Source of the DNA: Candidatus Moraniibacteriota bacterium
GTDB lineage: Bacteria; Patescibacteriota; Minisyncoccia; Moranbacterales; GCA-2747515
DNA length: 64,000 nt
Reading direction: 5' to 3'
NCBI GenBank assembly: GCA_016699795.1
Contig: CP065011.1
Span: 354,474-418,473, forward strand
The notes below the pieces were generated by a model, which ran no database searches, was not told the origin of the DNA, and saw only the letters and a program-made list of their open reading frames with translations. Position numbers and translations under genes: made by a program. This document shows positions 10,651-21,730 of the stretch, piece by piece (the first letter of the stretch is position 1; every line of letters begins with the position of its first letter).

Positions 10651-11335
10651 TTCGTATCTTCGGTGCCATGCTTAAGCCCCGTTACATTTTCGGCGCGAAA
10701 TCTCTAAGCTAGTGAGCTATTACGCACTCTTTAAAGGATGGCTGCTTCTAAGCCAACCTCCTAGGTGTCTGAGAAATTTCACTTCCTTTACCACTGAGCA
10801 TGGACTTGGGGACCTTAGATTACGATCTGGGCTGTTCCCCTTTTGAGATCCGAGCTTAGCCCCGGATTTCTGACTGCTTCGATACCACTACGAGCATTCG
10901 GAGTTTGATTGAAATTCCTACGGCGAACCGCGAAATCTCATTCAGTAGCTCTACCTCTCGTAGCTAATTAACGAAACGCTAGCCCTCAAGCTATTTCGGA
11001 GAGAACCAGCTATTGCCGAGTTCGATTGGAATTTCTCCCCTACGCACAAGTCATCCCCGCGTGTTGCACAGCGCGTGGGTTCGGGCCTCCTCTCAGTATT
11101 ACCCGAGATTCACCCTGCTCATGCGTAGCTCACCCGGCTTCGGGTCTTGTCCTTGCGACAAATCGGCCTATTAAGCCTCGCTTTCACTGCGCCTCCAGAG
11201 CATCGCCCCTTAAGCTGCCGCAAAGATCAAACTCGCTGGCCCGTTCTGCAAAAAGTACGCAGTCATCCCGCAAAAGCGGGACTCCTACTCTTTGTTGGCG
11301 TACGGTTTCAGGTCTATTTCACCTCCCTTTCGGGA

Positions 11336-11377
<42 letters not shown>

Positions 11378-11574
11378 TGAAGTAATATTTAGTCTTGGAA
11401 GTTTAGTGCTCCCTGATTCAAACGGAGTTTCACCGGCTCCGCCCTACTTGAGAATGACCTCAAGAAAAAAGATTTTTTTTCGTATACGGGACTTTCACCC
11501 TCTTTGATCGCTCTTTCCAAAGACGTTCTACTAAAAAATCGTTTTTCACCCCGATTAAACGAGTTAAGTCACCT

Positions 11575-11645
11575 CGCAACCCCTGATACCAACACTACCA
11601 ACAAATATTTTACACTTATTTGCAGTGTTGGTATCAGGTTTAGAC
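11575..11645 (-). other. Extended hairpin in a 23S domain I variable region
   Basis: Perfect inverted repeat CCTGATACCAACACT ... AGTGTTGGTATCAGG embedded in domain I. Confidence 0.4.
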
Positions 11646-11648
11646 TCT

Positions 11649-11679
<31 letters not shown>

Positions 11680-12767
11680 ACAATTGTTTTCTATTCCTTC
11701 GGGTACTAAGATGTTTCAATTCCCCGAGTTTGCCACATCATCCTATGTATTCAGATGACGGTTTGCCATTAAGGCAAGGGTTACCCCATTCGGAAATCCA
11801 CGGATCAAAGCTTATTTGACAGCTCCCCGAGGCTTATCGCAGTCTTTCACGTCCTTCATCGCTTACTTCAGCCAAGGCATCCTCCGTACGCCCTCGCAAT
11901 CTTTAATATAATTCTCATTTTCTCACTTCCCATACAATATACAATCGAAATCATATACGTTTGGGAAGGTCGGTTAGCAAAGAGAAATCTCCTTGCTAAC
12001 TTCGCAGTTATTTTTTTCCTACTTTATTCATATAGTGCAGTCACCCCTGATCCTTCGCAATCAGACACAATGCAAAATATGTACCCAAATTGTCAACTTG
12101 CTCTTTCTTTTGCGAAAGCATTCTTTTTCCAAAGTTTTAGCGACTAAAAACTTTCAAAATGGAATGTTTTCGCAAAAACTTAATTTTAAGAAAATTCAAC
12201 AACCAAGCACGAGCCGGTTTTTGATTTTTTATCTTTTCTTTCCTCTTAAACCTCACCAGAAAGAAAGAAAATTATTTTTTAAACTAACACAAGAGCGATT
12301 GTATCATCTTGTAAGAGATTGTCAATAGTACGGCAAAGTTATTCAATTAATCCGAAAAATTAAAAAATAAAAATTATAGAATCAAAAACATAATTAAAAA
12401 TAAAAATATCAAAAAATGGCTCTAATAAGAAATATTCCTATTAAAAAATAAAGTTTAAAATATTTCTCATTCCAAAGTATTTTTTACTTTTTTAGAATGA
12501 AAAATATGGAGATTTAAAGAAATAATACACATACAAACAACATACACTCTTCTGTCCTAACAAAACGAAAATAAAATGAGCACGCGTATACTATTTTTAA
12601 GTAGTTCCTTTAAAAATAAAAAGTTAAATTCTAAAATAGCCTTTAGCATTTCAATTCGGCACAATTGCCTTGTTCAAATATGAAGCTATATTTCATTTCC
12701 ATTTCATTTAAAATCAAAAGATCTACTTAGCTAATTTACAAATGAAAAGATTTCTTTTTTAAAAGAA

Positions 12768-13841
12768 TTATAAAGAATCCTGCGAGTTTTTTGTATAAAT
12801 TTTTGAAAAATACAAATCAACATCTTGAATCCACTTTTTCACACTATACGGATCGTGAGCGGCGCACGAAGAACCACATTTCCAAATAATAAGATCTTCA
12901 GGTGTTTCTCTTTTTTGATTATATACAAACCAGGAAATTCTTTTTCCTACGATATCAATAGCTTCTTTTGGACTATCAAAACATGTATGTCCCCCAGTAC
13001 CCATTCGTTCTCGAACGGATCGATATCCCCAATAATTAAAGCAATCTTCACCCTCAAGGACAGGGACTCGTTTTCCCCAATTACTTTCTTTCTTTGCAAT
13101 CGCAATAAGGTATGCGGCGATAATATCATCTTGTTCAAAAATATAAGGAAGCATTTGTTCTATGGGATACCCCTTTACCATATCTCGGATTTCTTTTTGA
13201 AAAGCCTTTTTCTTCGCTGTTTGTTCAGATTCTTCACGTTTTCGAAGTTCTTCCTTTACACGATCATCTTCTTTTATTTCCATTAGATAATCTGCTTCAC
13301 TTTTTTGAATGAATTCAATAGCCTCCCCTAAAACAATTCCCTCTTCTTCAGAAATTCCTTCAGAATAAGCACTTTCATCAGCTAATTTAATTTCTTTTTG
13401 AGCAGATACAGATTGACCAAATGATCTGTAAATCATACTCATAGAAAGCATACCAAAAAGTACCGCTCCTACTAGAGAAAAATTCCAAGCACGAATAGGA
13501 GAAATAGAAATTTCCAATCCTTCTCGAACATCAACTAATTTTCTTCGCCATTGAAACCACGAACCTTCCAATGCCCAACGAATTTTTTGTGTATCGTGAA
13601 GAATATTTCTATAAGGAATCTTTTCTTGACGATGCATTACTCCATCAAATAATTTTCTTCGTTCTATTCTACGATAATTTTGATGAAACAAAACCTCTTC
13701 GTGAGAAGTTATATACCGATAGGAGTCCTCGGTAAAAAAACGGTTGGAACGAACACCTCGAGAAAGAAAAAATATTTCATCTCGTTCCGGTTTTTGATTT
13801 CTTTTTTTGGTTTGATAGATATCGATACGCGACATTCTCAA
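12768..13841 (-). CDS. Membrane-anchored protein with possible glucosaminidase-like peptidoglycan hydrolase C-terminal domain
   Basis: A central TM (FSLVGAVLFGMLSMSMIY) is present. The C-terminal AIAKKESNWGK...NYWGYR resembles the ESGWG/NxFG motifs of FlgJ-type glucosaminidase domains. This is a tentative call. Confidence 0.35.
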   Translation of the reverse strand: MRMSRIDIYQTKKRNQKPERDEIFFLSRGVRSNRFFTEDSYRYITSHEEVLFHQNYRRIERRKLFDGVMHRQEKIPYRNILHDTQKIRWALEGSWFQWRRKLVDVREGLEISISPIRAWNFSLVGAVLFGMLSMSMIYRSFGQSVSAQKEIKLADESAYSEGISEEEGIVLGEAIEFIQKSEADYLMEIKEDDRVKEELRKREESEQTAKKKAFQKEIRDMVKGYPIEQMLPYIFEQDDIIAAYLIAIAKKESNWGKRVPVLEGEDCFNYWGYRSVRERMGTGGHTCFDSPKEAIDIVGKRISWFVYNQKRETPEDLIIWKCGSSCAAHDPYSVKKWIQDVDLYFSKIYTKNSQDSL

Positions 13842-13877
13842 TTATTATTGAAAATACATTTCACAGTATAACACACT

Positions 13878-14291
13878 CTATTCATTTTTCATAAAGGAAG
13901 AACTTTCAAAATACTTTTTTGCTTCTGCTCCGATAAAACATTTGTCTTCGGCAAAAACAAAAGGCACACCAACATTCTCCTTTTCGAGATTACAAAGATC
14001 TGCTTTTTTCATCATTTCTTTATTATTAGTGGTGTTTTTCCAAACTTCCTTTTTTGCTAATTTTTCTCCATACACAACACCCTCTTTATCAAGAAATTTT
14101 TGAAGTTCTTCGCAATGAGGGCATCCATCACCATAATAATAAACTACCGGCGCATTAGGATTACCCAAATCTCCATTTTTTATATCTACATTTGTTGGAG
14201 CCGAGGTCTCTTGCAAAAAAAATCCCCAAACTACAAAACCCGCTACGAGAAAAACACCTACACTCATAACTATTTTTTGCCATATTTCCAT
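13878..14291 (-). CDS. Membrane-anchored thioredoxin/glutaredoxin-like thiol-disulfide oxidoreductase
   Basis: N-terminal TM followed by a CPHC redox motif (YYYGDGCPHCEEL). Confidence 0.5.
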   Translation of the reverse strand: MEIWQKIVMSVGVFLVAGFVVWGFFLQETSAPTNVDIKNGDLGNPNAPVVYYYGDGCPHCEELQKFLDKEGVVYGEKLAKKEVWKNTTNNKEMMKKADLCNLEKENVGVPFVFAEDKCFIGAEAKKYFESSSFMKNE

Positions 14292-14446
14292 ATATTCCGA
14301 TCATTATCATTTACAAAAAAAGTATACCACAAATTTTCAAAAATAAAAAACCTATAGTTATTTATTATCTATAAAGAATTACGCCCAAAATATTAAAAAA
14401 GAAATAAACATTTTGTCTCAAAAAATTATTTTAGAATTTATAACTT

Positions 14447-15241
14447 TTATTTTTTTATAATTTTAATTATCCCAAGAAGACTCAGAAAAAATAGAATTAA
14501 GCTTAATAATTGCCCCATGGTAAGCCAATGAAAAAATATAAATCCTATTTGAATATCTGGTTGGCGAAAAAATTCAACAAAAAATCTCATACACCCATAT
14601 CCAACAAGAAAAAGGAGTGATAAAACACCAGGAGGAAATTTTTTATTTCTCAGAAAAAAGAAGAATAAAAAAAATAAAAAAAATCCCTCAAAAAACATTT
14701 CGTAAAGTTGAGAAGGGTGTCTAAATATTCCATCACCAAAATTAACACTCCAAAAAATATTTGATTCTCGACCAAGAAGTTCTCCATTCAAAAAATTTCC
14801 CAATCTTCCAAACGCTATCGCAATCGGAACCGCTGGAACGATAGAATCAAGACTCTTCCATACATCGAGTTTCTGTTTTTTACAGTACACCCAAAAGAAG
14901 AAAGCGCTTCCTAAGATAGCTCCGTAAAAACTCATACCAAAAATTCCTCTGTATATTCCATTGTGATCAAAAAGAGCTATTATTTCAAAAGGATTTTCCC
15001 AATAAAAAACTGGATTGTAAAAAAGAATATAACCCAATCTCCCTCCCAATATCCCCCCCAAAAAACCCACAAGAAGAATATCTAAAAGTATTGTCTGTGA
15101 AAAAAGAGTGATTTCTCCTCTTTTGATACGCCATGAAATAAGTCCCCACACACACAAAAAGCCAAAGATATACATCAATGAATACCATCGAACAATGAAA
15201 AATCCCAAAGAAAAAGCTACCGGATCAAGAGAGAAAGTCAT
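14447..15241 (-). CDS. lgt: Prolipoprotein diacylglyceryl transferase
   Basis: Lgt signature FGRLGNFLNGELLGR in a polytopic membrane protein of about 260 aa. Confidence 0.8.
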   Translation of the reverse strand: MTFSLDPVAFSLGFFIVRWYSLMYIFGFLCVWGLISWRIKRGEITLFSQTILLDILLVGFLGGILGGRLGYILFYNPVFYWENPFEIIALFDHNGIYRGIFGMSFYGAILGSAFFFWVYCKKQKLDVWKSLDSIVPAVPIAIAFGRLGNFLNGELLGRESNIFWSVNFGDGIFRHPSQLYEMFFEGFFLFFLFFFFLRNKKFPPGVLSLLFLVGYGCMRFFVEFFRQPDIQIGFIFFHWLTMGQLLSLILFFLSLLGIIKIIKK

Positions 15242-16281
15242 TGTGAATTTCCGTTATATTCTTTGAGTTGAAAAGAAAACTCTCGTTCGTATATTCGGAT
15301 AAGTGCCAAAAATAAAGAAACAACGATAGGTCCTATAATAAAACCAAAAATACCGAAGAGAATTATACCTCCAAGTGTTGCAAAAAAAACCAAAAGTGGA
15401 TGCATTTGACTATCTCGTCCAACAAGTCTTGGACGAAGAATATTATCAATAGTAGAGATAATTCCCGCTCCACAAGAAAGAATAATAACTCCCTCTAAAA
15501 TATTACCAGAAAGTAACATAGAAACTCCCACAGGAATCCACACAAGCCCACTACCCACAGCAGGAATGAGTGCAGATACCATCATTACAACACCCCATGT
15601 AACAGGAGAAGGAACTCCAGTCAAAGAAAAAAGTATAGCACCCAATATTCCTTGAATGAAACCTATAATTATTGTTCCTTTCAGAGTTGCCTTACTTATT
15701 GAAACAAATTGTTTTACTAACTCTTTCTCTTGATCCTCTCGTAATGGACTTAAATTCATAATAACTCGAACCATTTTTTTTCCATCAATAAAGAAATAAA
15801 AGAGAGAGAAAAACATAACAAAGAGAGAGAAAAAGAAATGAGAAAGACCGGAATATGTTTTTTGTAGAACACTCACAAAAAGAGCACCTCCTTGTTTAAC
15901 AATTGATGTGATATTTTGCTGATCAATAATAGGAAGATTGTTTGATATCGATTGAAAATATTCAACACCTCCACTGAGAAGCTCAGGATTTTCAGAAAAA
16001 TAATTCATCATCGAATATGCTTCTTTTGTGACGAGTGTCACAATCAAAACAAAAGGAATTACAATAATAAGAAAGACAGCAAGACAAGATACTAATGATC
16101 CCCAAATTCTTCCAAGATGCGCTTTTTTCCAAAACCATTCATATACTCTAAAAAAGATAGAAGCCAAAACTCCCGCAATAATAATAGGGATCATAAAAGG
16201 AAGAAAAATAAACATAACGCCTATCCCCGTCAGCCCCAAAAGCCACATGAAATAAATAACATTAAAATTGGAGATTTTCAT
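15238..16281 (-). CDS. AI-2E family (PerM/UPF0118) transporter-like membrane protein
   Basis: 347 aa with about 8 TM, and a C-terminal GGIILFGIFGFIIGP motif typical of the AI-2E family. ATGA start/stop overlap with lgt. Confidence 0.5.
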   Translation of the reverse strand: MKISNFNVIYFMWLLGLTGIGVMFIFLPFMIPIIIAGVLASIFFRVYEWFWKKAHLGRIWGSLVSCLAVFLIIVIPFVLIVTLVTKEAYSMMNYFSENPELLSGGVEYFQSISNNLPIIDQQNITSIVKQGGALFVSVLQKTYSGLSHFFFSLFVMFFSLFYFFIDGKKMVRVIMNLSPLREDQEKELVKQFVSISKATLKGTIIIGFIQGILGAILFSLTGVPSPVTWGVVMMVSALIPAVGSGLVWIPVGVSMLLSGNILEGVIILSCGAGIISTIDNILRPRLVGRDSQMHPLLVFFATLGGIILFGIFGFIIGPIVVSLFLALIRIYEREFSFQLKEYNGNSQ

Positions 16282-16319
16282 ATAATTTTATATTTTCATC
16301 AAAATATTTTTATACCGAG

Positions 16320-16390
16320 TCGGGCTGCCGAGAATTGAACTCGGGTCACACGCACCCCATGCGTGCATACTACCGTTATACTACAGCCCG
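16320..16390 (-). tRNA. tRNA-Pro (anticodon GGG), no encoded CCA
   Basis: The reverse complement folds as a cloverleaf. Acceptor stem CGGGCUG/CAGCCCG (7 bp), anticodon stem CACGC/GCGUG with loop AUGGGGU, T arm CCGAG-UUCAAUU-CUCGG, discriminator A. Confidence 0.75.
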
Positions 16391-16537
16391 ATTTTTTTTC
16401 ATCTTACGGTAAAAATCAAAAAACGTCCAGAGTAAGATCAAAAAAATATCTTCTTCCCCATTCTCTTTTATAGAAAAATTAAAGTGACTTCATTTGAGAT
16501 TTTTCTCTCTATACGTTAGTATGATAAATCAATACTT

Positions 16538-16864
16538 TTGGGAAACAATCTTATGGAAATCAAAGAGAATATTTTACGAAAAAAAATAGCTCGACAAATT
16601 TATAAAGTACTTGATCCAGAACTCTTTATTTCCATAGTTGATCTTGGTCTTATTTATGGTATTCAAATAAAAGGAAAAGAAGTTCTTCTTACTATGACAC
16701 TCACTACAATTGGCTGTCCTCTTTTTGAATCCATTGAAAAAGAAATTCGTTCGAAGATACTCTCTTTGCAAGAAGTACAAAGTGTTTCTATACAAATAGT
16801 TTTTGATCCTCCCTGGTCTGTACAAATGGCCTCGCCAAAAGCTTTGGCCGAACTTGGCTTATAA
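16538..16864 (+). CDS. DUF59/MIP18-family Fe-S cluster assembly protein (SufT/PaaD-like)
   Basis: VDLGLIYGI ... LTMTLTTIGCPL with a conserved Cys, typical of DUF59 proteins. Confidence 0.6.
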   Translation: MGNNLMEIKENILRKKIARQIYKVLDPELFISIVDLGLIYGIQIKGKEVLLTMTLTTIGCPLFESIEKEIRSKILSLQEVQSVSIQIVFDPPWSVQMASPKALAELGL

Positions 16865-16865
16865 A

Positions 16866-16908
16866 AAACGATAAAACCCGCTCGTTGGCGGGTTTTATCA
16901 AATTTTTC
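16866..16908. terminator. Bidirectional rho-independent terminator between convergent genes
   Basis: AAAACCCGC-TCGTT-GGCGGGTTTT is a GC stem flanked by A-run and T-run on both sides. Confidence 0.6.
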
Positions 16909-16931
16909 ATTAAAAAACAGAAAGAGGAAAA

Positions 16932-17327
16932 CTACTTCTTCTTTGCAACCACCTTTTTTGGAGCTGCTTTTTTCACAACGGATTTCTTTGCAACTGCCTT
17001 TTTTGGAGCTGCTTTTTTTGGAGCTGCCTTTTTTACAACAGCTTTCTTTGCAACTGCCTTTTTTGGAGCTGCCTTTTTTACAACTTTTTTAACAGCTGAC
17101 TTTTTCGCTACTGTCTTTTTTACAACAGCTTTCTTTGCAACTGCCTTTTTTGGAGCTGCTTTTTTTACAACTTTTTTAACAGCTGACTTTTTCGCTACTG
17201 CTTTTTTATTTGTTGTTTTTTTTATTGTTACCACAAAATTCACCTCCTTTCTTTCTTTATTTTTTTTCTTTTTTCCATTGCAAATTTTTTGCAAATTTCT
17301 CATTATATCGCCATTGTAACATAACAA
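16932..17327 (-). CDS. Lys/Ala-rich histone H1-like DNA-binding protein built from tandem AVAKKAVVKK-type repeats
   Basis: About 100 aa of (A/V)(A/V)KK(A/S)(A/V)(V/A)KK repeats. The true start is probably internal (MRNLQKI...). The DNA shows tandem periodicity of about 30/60 nt over 16950-17215. Confidence 0.5.
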   Translation of the reverse strand: MLCYNGDIMRNLQKICNGKKKKNKERKEVNFVVTIKKTTNKKAVAKKSAVKKVVKKAAPKKAVAKKAVVKKTVAKKSAVKKVVKKAAPKKAVAKKAVVKKAAPKKAAPKKAVAKKSVVKKAAPKKVVAKKK

Positions 17328-17458
17328 AAAAGCGATGCAATACCTTTCTATTATTTTTCATTTTTTATAAAAAAAATATATTTATTTCAAGCCATTTTTT
17401 ATAAAAATATACTCCATCACCCATCAAGGAAAACACACTCAGATTCTTCTACAAATTA

Positions 17459-17902
17459 TTATTCGAAAGAAATATATTGATTCAATAAAATATTATTTTC
17501 TTTTACAAATCCAGCGGGAACTTCCAGGACATATCGAATATCTACTTTGGGATAAAATTGTTGAGGATACGATGCGGAAGATGCGTTTTCAGTTATATCA
17601 ACAATACGATAATTTTTATCTATCCATAAAAAATCTAAAGAAAATTTCATATCTTTCATCCACATAGAGGGTCGTTTCTCTGTCTCAAAGATAAAAAGCA
17701 TTCCTTGATTCTTTTCTAAAAAGTCTCTTCCCGACAATCCTTTTCGCTTCTCTTCCAAAGTTTTTACGATATCAACCTTAATCCTCGTTTGATGCACTCT
17801 TATAAAAGTAAATTTTCCATTCCATAGAAAAAAATCATTTTTTTCAGAGAAAAATAAAAAAATAACTAAAAAAAGAAAAATAAAAAATACTATTTTTTTC
17901 AC
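17459..17902 (-). CDS. DUF192 domain protein
   Basis: Signal peptide followed by GMLFIF...MWMKDM...LDFLWID...YVLEVPAGF, matching the DUF192 pattern. Confidence 0.6.
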   Translation of the reverse strand: MKKIVFFIFLFLVIFLFFSEKNDFFLWNGKFTFIRVHQTRIKVDIVKTLEEKRKGLSGRDFLEKNQGMLFIFETEKRPSMWMKDMKFSLDFLWIDKNYRIVDITENASSASYPQQFYPKVDIRYVLEVPAGFVKENNILLNQYISFE

Positions 17903-17950
17903 AAAAATTTCCTAAAAATTATATTTAAAAATCTTAAAAAATAATTTTTC

Positions 17951-18592
17951 TTATCCCATTTTTTTGGGGCATATGGAGTTAAGAATACATTGCTCACATT
18001 TTGGATTTCTTGGTATGCAAACATCCCTTCCTAACATAATAAGATATTCATTCACATTAAGATACTCTTTTTTTGGAAATATTTTTTCCAAATCTCGAGA
18101 AATTATATCTCGATTTTTACTTTTACTCCATCCCAAACGAGGAGCAACCCTTGCCACGTGAGTATCTACAGCGACACCAAAAAATTTTCTAAACGCTTTT
18201 GCCCCTATAATGCAAGCACTTTTTTTAGAAATTCCTGGAATCCGTATAAGCTCTTTGTAAAGTCGAGGAATCTCTCCAGAATAATCTTTCTCTAAAAGAA
18301 TTCCCATTTCTTTAACGTATCGTGATTTACTTTTGTAATATCCAGTAGAATATATAATCTTTTCTAAATCAGAAATATTTGCTTTAGCATAAGCTTCTGC
18401 TGTTTTATATTTTAAAAATAATTCTGGAGTAACGCGATTAACCCGCATATCAGTACACTGAGCACTTAATATCGTTGCGACAGCCAACTCTAAAGGAGTA
18501 GACCAAGATGCAAAGGGCCCTGTTTCCTTATAATAATCTTTAAGTTTTTGAAGTATTTGAATTGGATTTTTTTTCATACCTATTTTTTTCAT
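17951..18592 (-). CDS. nth: Endonuclease III (DNA glycosylase/AP lyase)
   Basis: HhH-GPD fold with the C-terminal [4Fe-4S] motif C-x6-C-x2-C-x5-C (CIPRNPKCEQCILNSIC). Confidence 0.85.
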   Translation of the reverse strand: MKKIGMKKNPIQILQKLKDYYKETGPFASWSTPLELAVATILSAQCTDMRVNRVTPELFLKYKTAEAYAKANISDLEKIIYSTGYYKSKSRYVKEMGILLEKDYSGEIPRLYKELIRIPGISKKSACIIGAKAFRKFFGVAVDTHVARVAPRLGWSKSKNRDIISRDLEKIFPKKEYLNVNEYLIMLGRDVCIPRNPKCEQCILNSICPKKMG

Positions 18593-18654
18593 TATACAAG
18601 AAAAACGACTTTCAAGAAGCCGTCTTTCTTATTTGCTATTTTTTCTACGTTTTA

Positions 18655-20742
18655 TTACTTGGTATTTTTTCCAATAATTTGTTCCGCCACATTCTTAGGA
18701 ACTTCAGCATAATGAGAAAATTCCATTGAATAACTTGCTCTTCCCTGTGTCATAGATCGGAGTTGTGTAGCATAACCAAACATAGATGCTAAAGGAATAT
18801 CTGATTCTATTTCTTTTATAAGAGATCGTCCTTCACCTCTGTCATTAATCTCTTTAATAATTCCTCTACGGGAGTTCATATCGCCAACAACATCTCCCAT
18901 AAATTGTTCAGGGGATATAGCAACAACACGCATAACCGGTTCCAAAAGAACAGGACTTGCTTGTCGCGTTGCTTCTTTGAATGCTAAAGACCCAGCGATC
19001 TTAAAAGCTGCCTCTGATGAATCCACATCATGAAAGGATCCATCATAAAGTGCGACAGAAATATCTACCATTGGATATCCAGCAACAACACCTGTTTCCA
19101 TCGCTTCCTTTGCTCCCTTCTCAACTGCAGGAATATATTCTTGAGGAATGATACCTCCTTTTATTTCATCAACAAATTCAAAACCTTGTCCAGGTTCTCT
19201 CGGAGTAACTCGAAGTCTACAATGTCCGTATTGACCACGACCTCCTGATTGACGAATGTATTTTCCTTCTGCTTTTGCTTCTTTTCGTATAGTTTCTCGA
19301 TAGGCTACTTGAGGTTGTCCAACATTCGCTTCTACTTTAAATTCTCTTCTTAAACGATCCACAATAATATCCAAATGAAGCTCCCCCATCCCAGAAATAA
19401 TAGTTTGCAATGTTTCTTCGTCAGTATGAACACGAAAGGTAGGATCTTCTTCCGCTAACTTTTTCAAAGCAAATCCCATTTTCTCCTGATCAGCTTTAGT
19501 TTTTGGTTCAATAGCAATATCTATAACTGGCTCAGGAAAAACCATAGATTCAAGAAGTATAGCTTGCGAAGGATCACATAAAGTATCTCCTGTTGTTGTA
19601 TTCTTAAGCCCTACAATAGCTCCAATTTCTCCCGATCCCATTTCAGAAACTTCTTCCCTCGTATTAGCATGCATTCGAAGAATTCTTCCTATACGTTCTT
19701 TTTCTCCTTTGGTGGAATTTAAAACATAGGATCCTGCTTGAATAGTTCCTGAATAAACACGAAAAAAGGTAATTTGACCAACGAAAGGATCCGTAGCTAC
19801 TTTGAAAGCTAAAACAGCGAGCTTGTCACTATCGTCAGGATGTTTTTCAATTTCAGATCCTGTTTTTACTTCAGTAGCACGAACAGCAGGAACATCATTA
19901 GGTGAAGGTAGATAATCTAATACTGCATCAAGAACAAGTTGGACACCTTTATTTCGAAGGGCTGTTCCTGTAAACACAGGTATAAGATCAACTTTAACAA
20001 CAGCTTTTCGTATAGCAGCCTTAAGTTCTTCAACGGAGATTTCCTCTCCTCCTAAATATTTTTCTACAAGAACATCGTCAGTTTCAGAAACTTTTTCTAC
20101 AAGTTTTTCTCTCCATAATTTTGCTTTTTCAAGAAGTTCTGCGGGTATTTCTTTTTCAACAACTTTCTCTCCCATGTCCCCTTCAAATTCGTAAGCCTTC
20201 ATAGTAAGAAGATCTACAACACCTCGAAAATCACCTCTTTCTCCAATAGGAATTTGAGCAGCAAAGGCTTTTGATGTTAAACGGTCCCAAATAGACTCAA
20301 GAGCACGTTCAAAATCAGCACCTTCTTTGTCGATTTTATTGATAAAACAGATTCTTGGAACGTTGTATTTATCAGCTTGTCTCCAAACAGTTTCTGACTG
20401 AGGCTCAACACCCTCTTTTCCATCAAAAACAACAACGCCTCCATCCAAAACACGAAGAGATCTTTCTACTTCAACAGTAAAATCAACATGACCTGGCGTA
20501 TCTATAATATTAATTTGATAGTCTTTCCAAAAACAAGTAGTTGCGGCACTTGTAATAGTTATTCCTCGTTCACGTTCTTGTTCCATCCAGTCCATAGTAG
20601 CCTCCCCCTCATGAACTTCTCCTATTTTGTGCGTTATCCCAGTATAAAATAAAATTCGCTCCGTCGTAGTAGTCTTACCTGCATCAATATGAGCAATAAT
20701 TCCGATATTACGAAGTCTTTCAATGGGATGTTTTCGTGACAT
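18655..20742 (-). CDS. fusA: Elongation factor G
   Basis: [16 protein letters not shown]1 motif, DTPGHVDF, 695 aa, last gene of the str operon. Confidence 0.95.
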   Translation of the reverse strand: MSRKHPIERLRNIGIIAHIDAGKTTTTERILFYTGITHKIGEVHEGEATMDWMEQERERGITITSAATTCFWKDYQINIIDTPGHVDFTVEVERSLRVLDGGVVVFDGKEGVEPQSETVWRQADKYNVPRICFINKIDKEGADFERALESIWDRLTSKAFAAQIPIGERGDFRGVVDLLTMKAYEFEGDMGEKVVEKEIPAELLEKAKLWREKLVEKVSETDDVLVEKYLGGEEISVEELKAAIRKAVVKVDLIPVFTGTALRNKGVQLVLDAVLDYLPSPNDVPAVRATEVKTGSEIEKHPDDSDKLAVLAFKVATDPFVGQITFFRVYSGTIQAGSYVLNSTKGEKERIGRILRMHANTREEVSEMGSGEIGAIVGLKNTTTGDTLCDPSQAILLESMVFPEPVIDIAIEPKTKADQEKMGFALKKLAEEDPTFRVHTDEETLQTIISGMGELHLDIIVDRLRREFKVEANVGQPQVAYRETIRKEAKAEGKYIRQSGGRGQYGHCRLRVTPREPGQGFEFVDEIKGGIIPQEYIPAVEKGAKEAMETGVVAGYPMVDISVALYDGSFHDVDSSEAAFKIAGSLAFKEATRQASPVLLEPVMRVVAISPEQFMGDVVGDMNSRRGIIKEINDRGEGRSLIKEIESDIPLASMFGYATQLRSMTQGRASYSMEFSHYAEVPKNVAEQIIGKNTK

Positions 20743-20822
20743 ATATTCAAATTAAATAATACTTTTGTTGTTTGTAGAAAAAGGAAAAAAGATTTCCTTC
20801 AAGAAATAAGAATGATTCCAAA

Positions 20823-21290
20823 CTAAGCAAAATGAGCGAAAGCTTTATTAGCTTCAGCCATTCGATGCACTTCATCGCGCTTTTTCATAGCAGCTCCAGT
20901 TTTTTCTGAAGCATCAATGAATTCATCTGCTAATTTTTCAGACATAGCCTTTCCTTTTCTTTTTCTGCATGCAGAAATAATCCAACGAATAGCTAAAGTC
21001 TGGCGACGATCTCCCGTTACTGGAACAGGAACTTGATAGTTTGCGCCTCCAACACGACGAGATTTTAATTCCAACAAAGGTGCAATATTTTTTATTGCTT
21101 GTTCAAAAACATTCAAACCGCCCTTTTTTGTTCGGTCATGAATAATATCAAAAGCCTTATACATAACCCTTTCTGCTGTCGATCGTTTTCCATCATTTAA
21201 AAGACAGCCAATAAACCTTCCCACAAGGATATTTTCATACTGTGGGTCTTCTTTCCATTGTTTTATATAAATACGTTTTCTTCGTGCCAT
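20823..21290 (-). CDS. rpsG: 30S ribosomal protein S7
   Basis: The N-terminus MARRKR uses an internal Met of the ORF-track ORF. Conserved S7 core. Start overlaps or abuts the rpsL stop. Confidence 0.9.
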   Translation of the reverse strand: MARRKRIYIKQWKEDPQYENILVGRFIGCLLNDGKRSTAERVMYKAFDIIHDRTKKGGLNVFEQAIKNIAPLLELKSRRVGGANYQVPVPVTGDRRQTLAIRWIISACRKRKGKAMSEKLADEFIDASEKTGAAMKKRDEVHRMAEANKAFAHFA

Positions 21291-21310
21291 ATAGAGTATA
21301 CTTTCTTCAA

Positions 21311-21730
21311 TCAACTATTTTCCTTAGGTTTTTTAGCCCCATATTTACTTCGACCGCGCTTCCTGTTTGCAACACCCGTTGAATCAAGAACTCCTCGAAC
21401 GATATGATATCGTACTCCAGGAAGATCTTTTACTCTTCCTCCACGAATCATAACAATGGAGTGTTCTTGTAATTGATGTCCTATACCAGGAATATACGCT
21501 GTTACTTCCATACCATTAGTAAGTCTCACACGCGCAATCTTTCGAAGAGCTGAGTTTGGCTTTTTAGGTGTCGTTGTACTTACTTTCACGCACATGCCTC
21601 GTTTAAAAGGTCCTTGAGAAGGTTTTGGTCTATTCTCTAAAGAATTAAACACAAAAGCCATAGCAGGAGTTTTAGATTTTCTTGCTACATTTTTTCTCGG
21701 TTTTCGAACAAGTTGGTTCATGGTTGACAT
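21311..21730 (-). CDS. rpsL: 30S ribosomal protein S12
   Basis: [10 protein letters not shown] ... conserved S12 body with [10 protein letters not shown]. The start is probably the internal Met (MSTMNQL). Confidence 0.9.
   Translation of the reverse strand: MSTMNQLVRKPRKNVARKSKTPAMAFVFNSLENRPKPSQGPFKRGMCVKVSTTTPKKPNSALRKIARVRLTNGMEVTAYIPGIGHQLQEHSIVMIRGGRVKDLPGVRYHIVRGVLDSTGVANRKRGRSKYGAKKPKENS

Noticed and set aside
9407-10690. Group I/II intron or homing-endonuclease insertion in the 23S
   Set aside because: The inserts are only about 70-175 nt and AT-rich, with no ORF and no recognisable intron core. They are better explained as IVS or expansion segments.
11993-12328. 111-aa ORF upstream of the 23S, and a search for 16S or spacer tRNAs in 11906-12767
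   Set aside because: The region is about 25% GC leader or promoter DNA with no rRNA- or tRNA-like conserved blocks. The ORF has no coding features.
16885-17319. 144-aa plus-strand ORF (FFGAAFFTTAFFATAFF...)
   Set aside because: It is the antisense reading of the Lys/Ala repeat gene. Its low-complexity Phe/Ala repeats are an artefact of the tandem DNA repeat.
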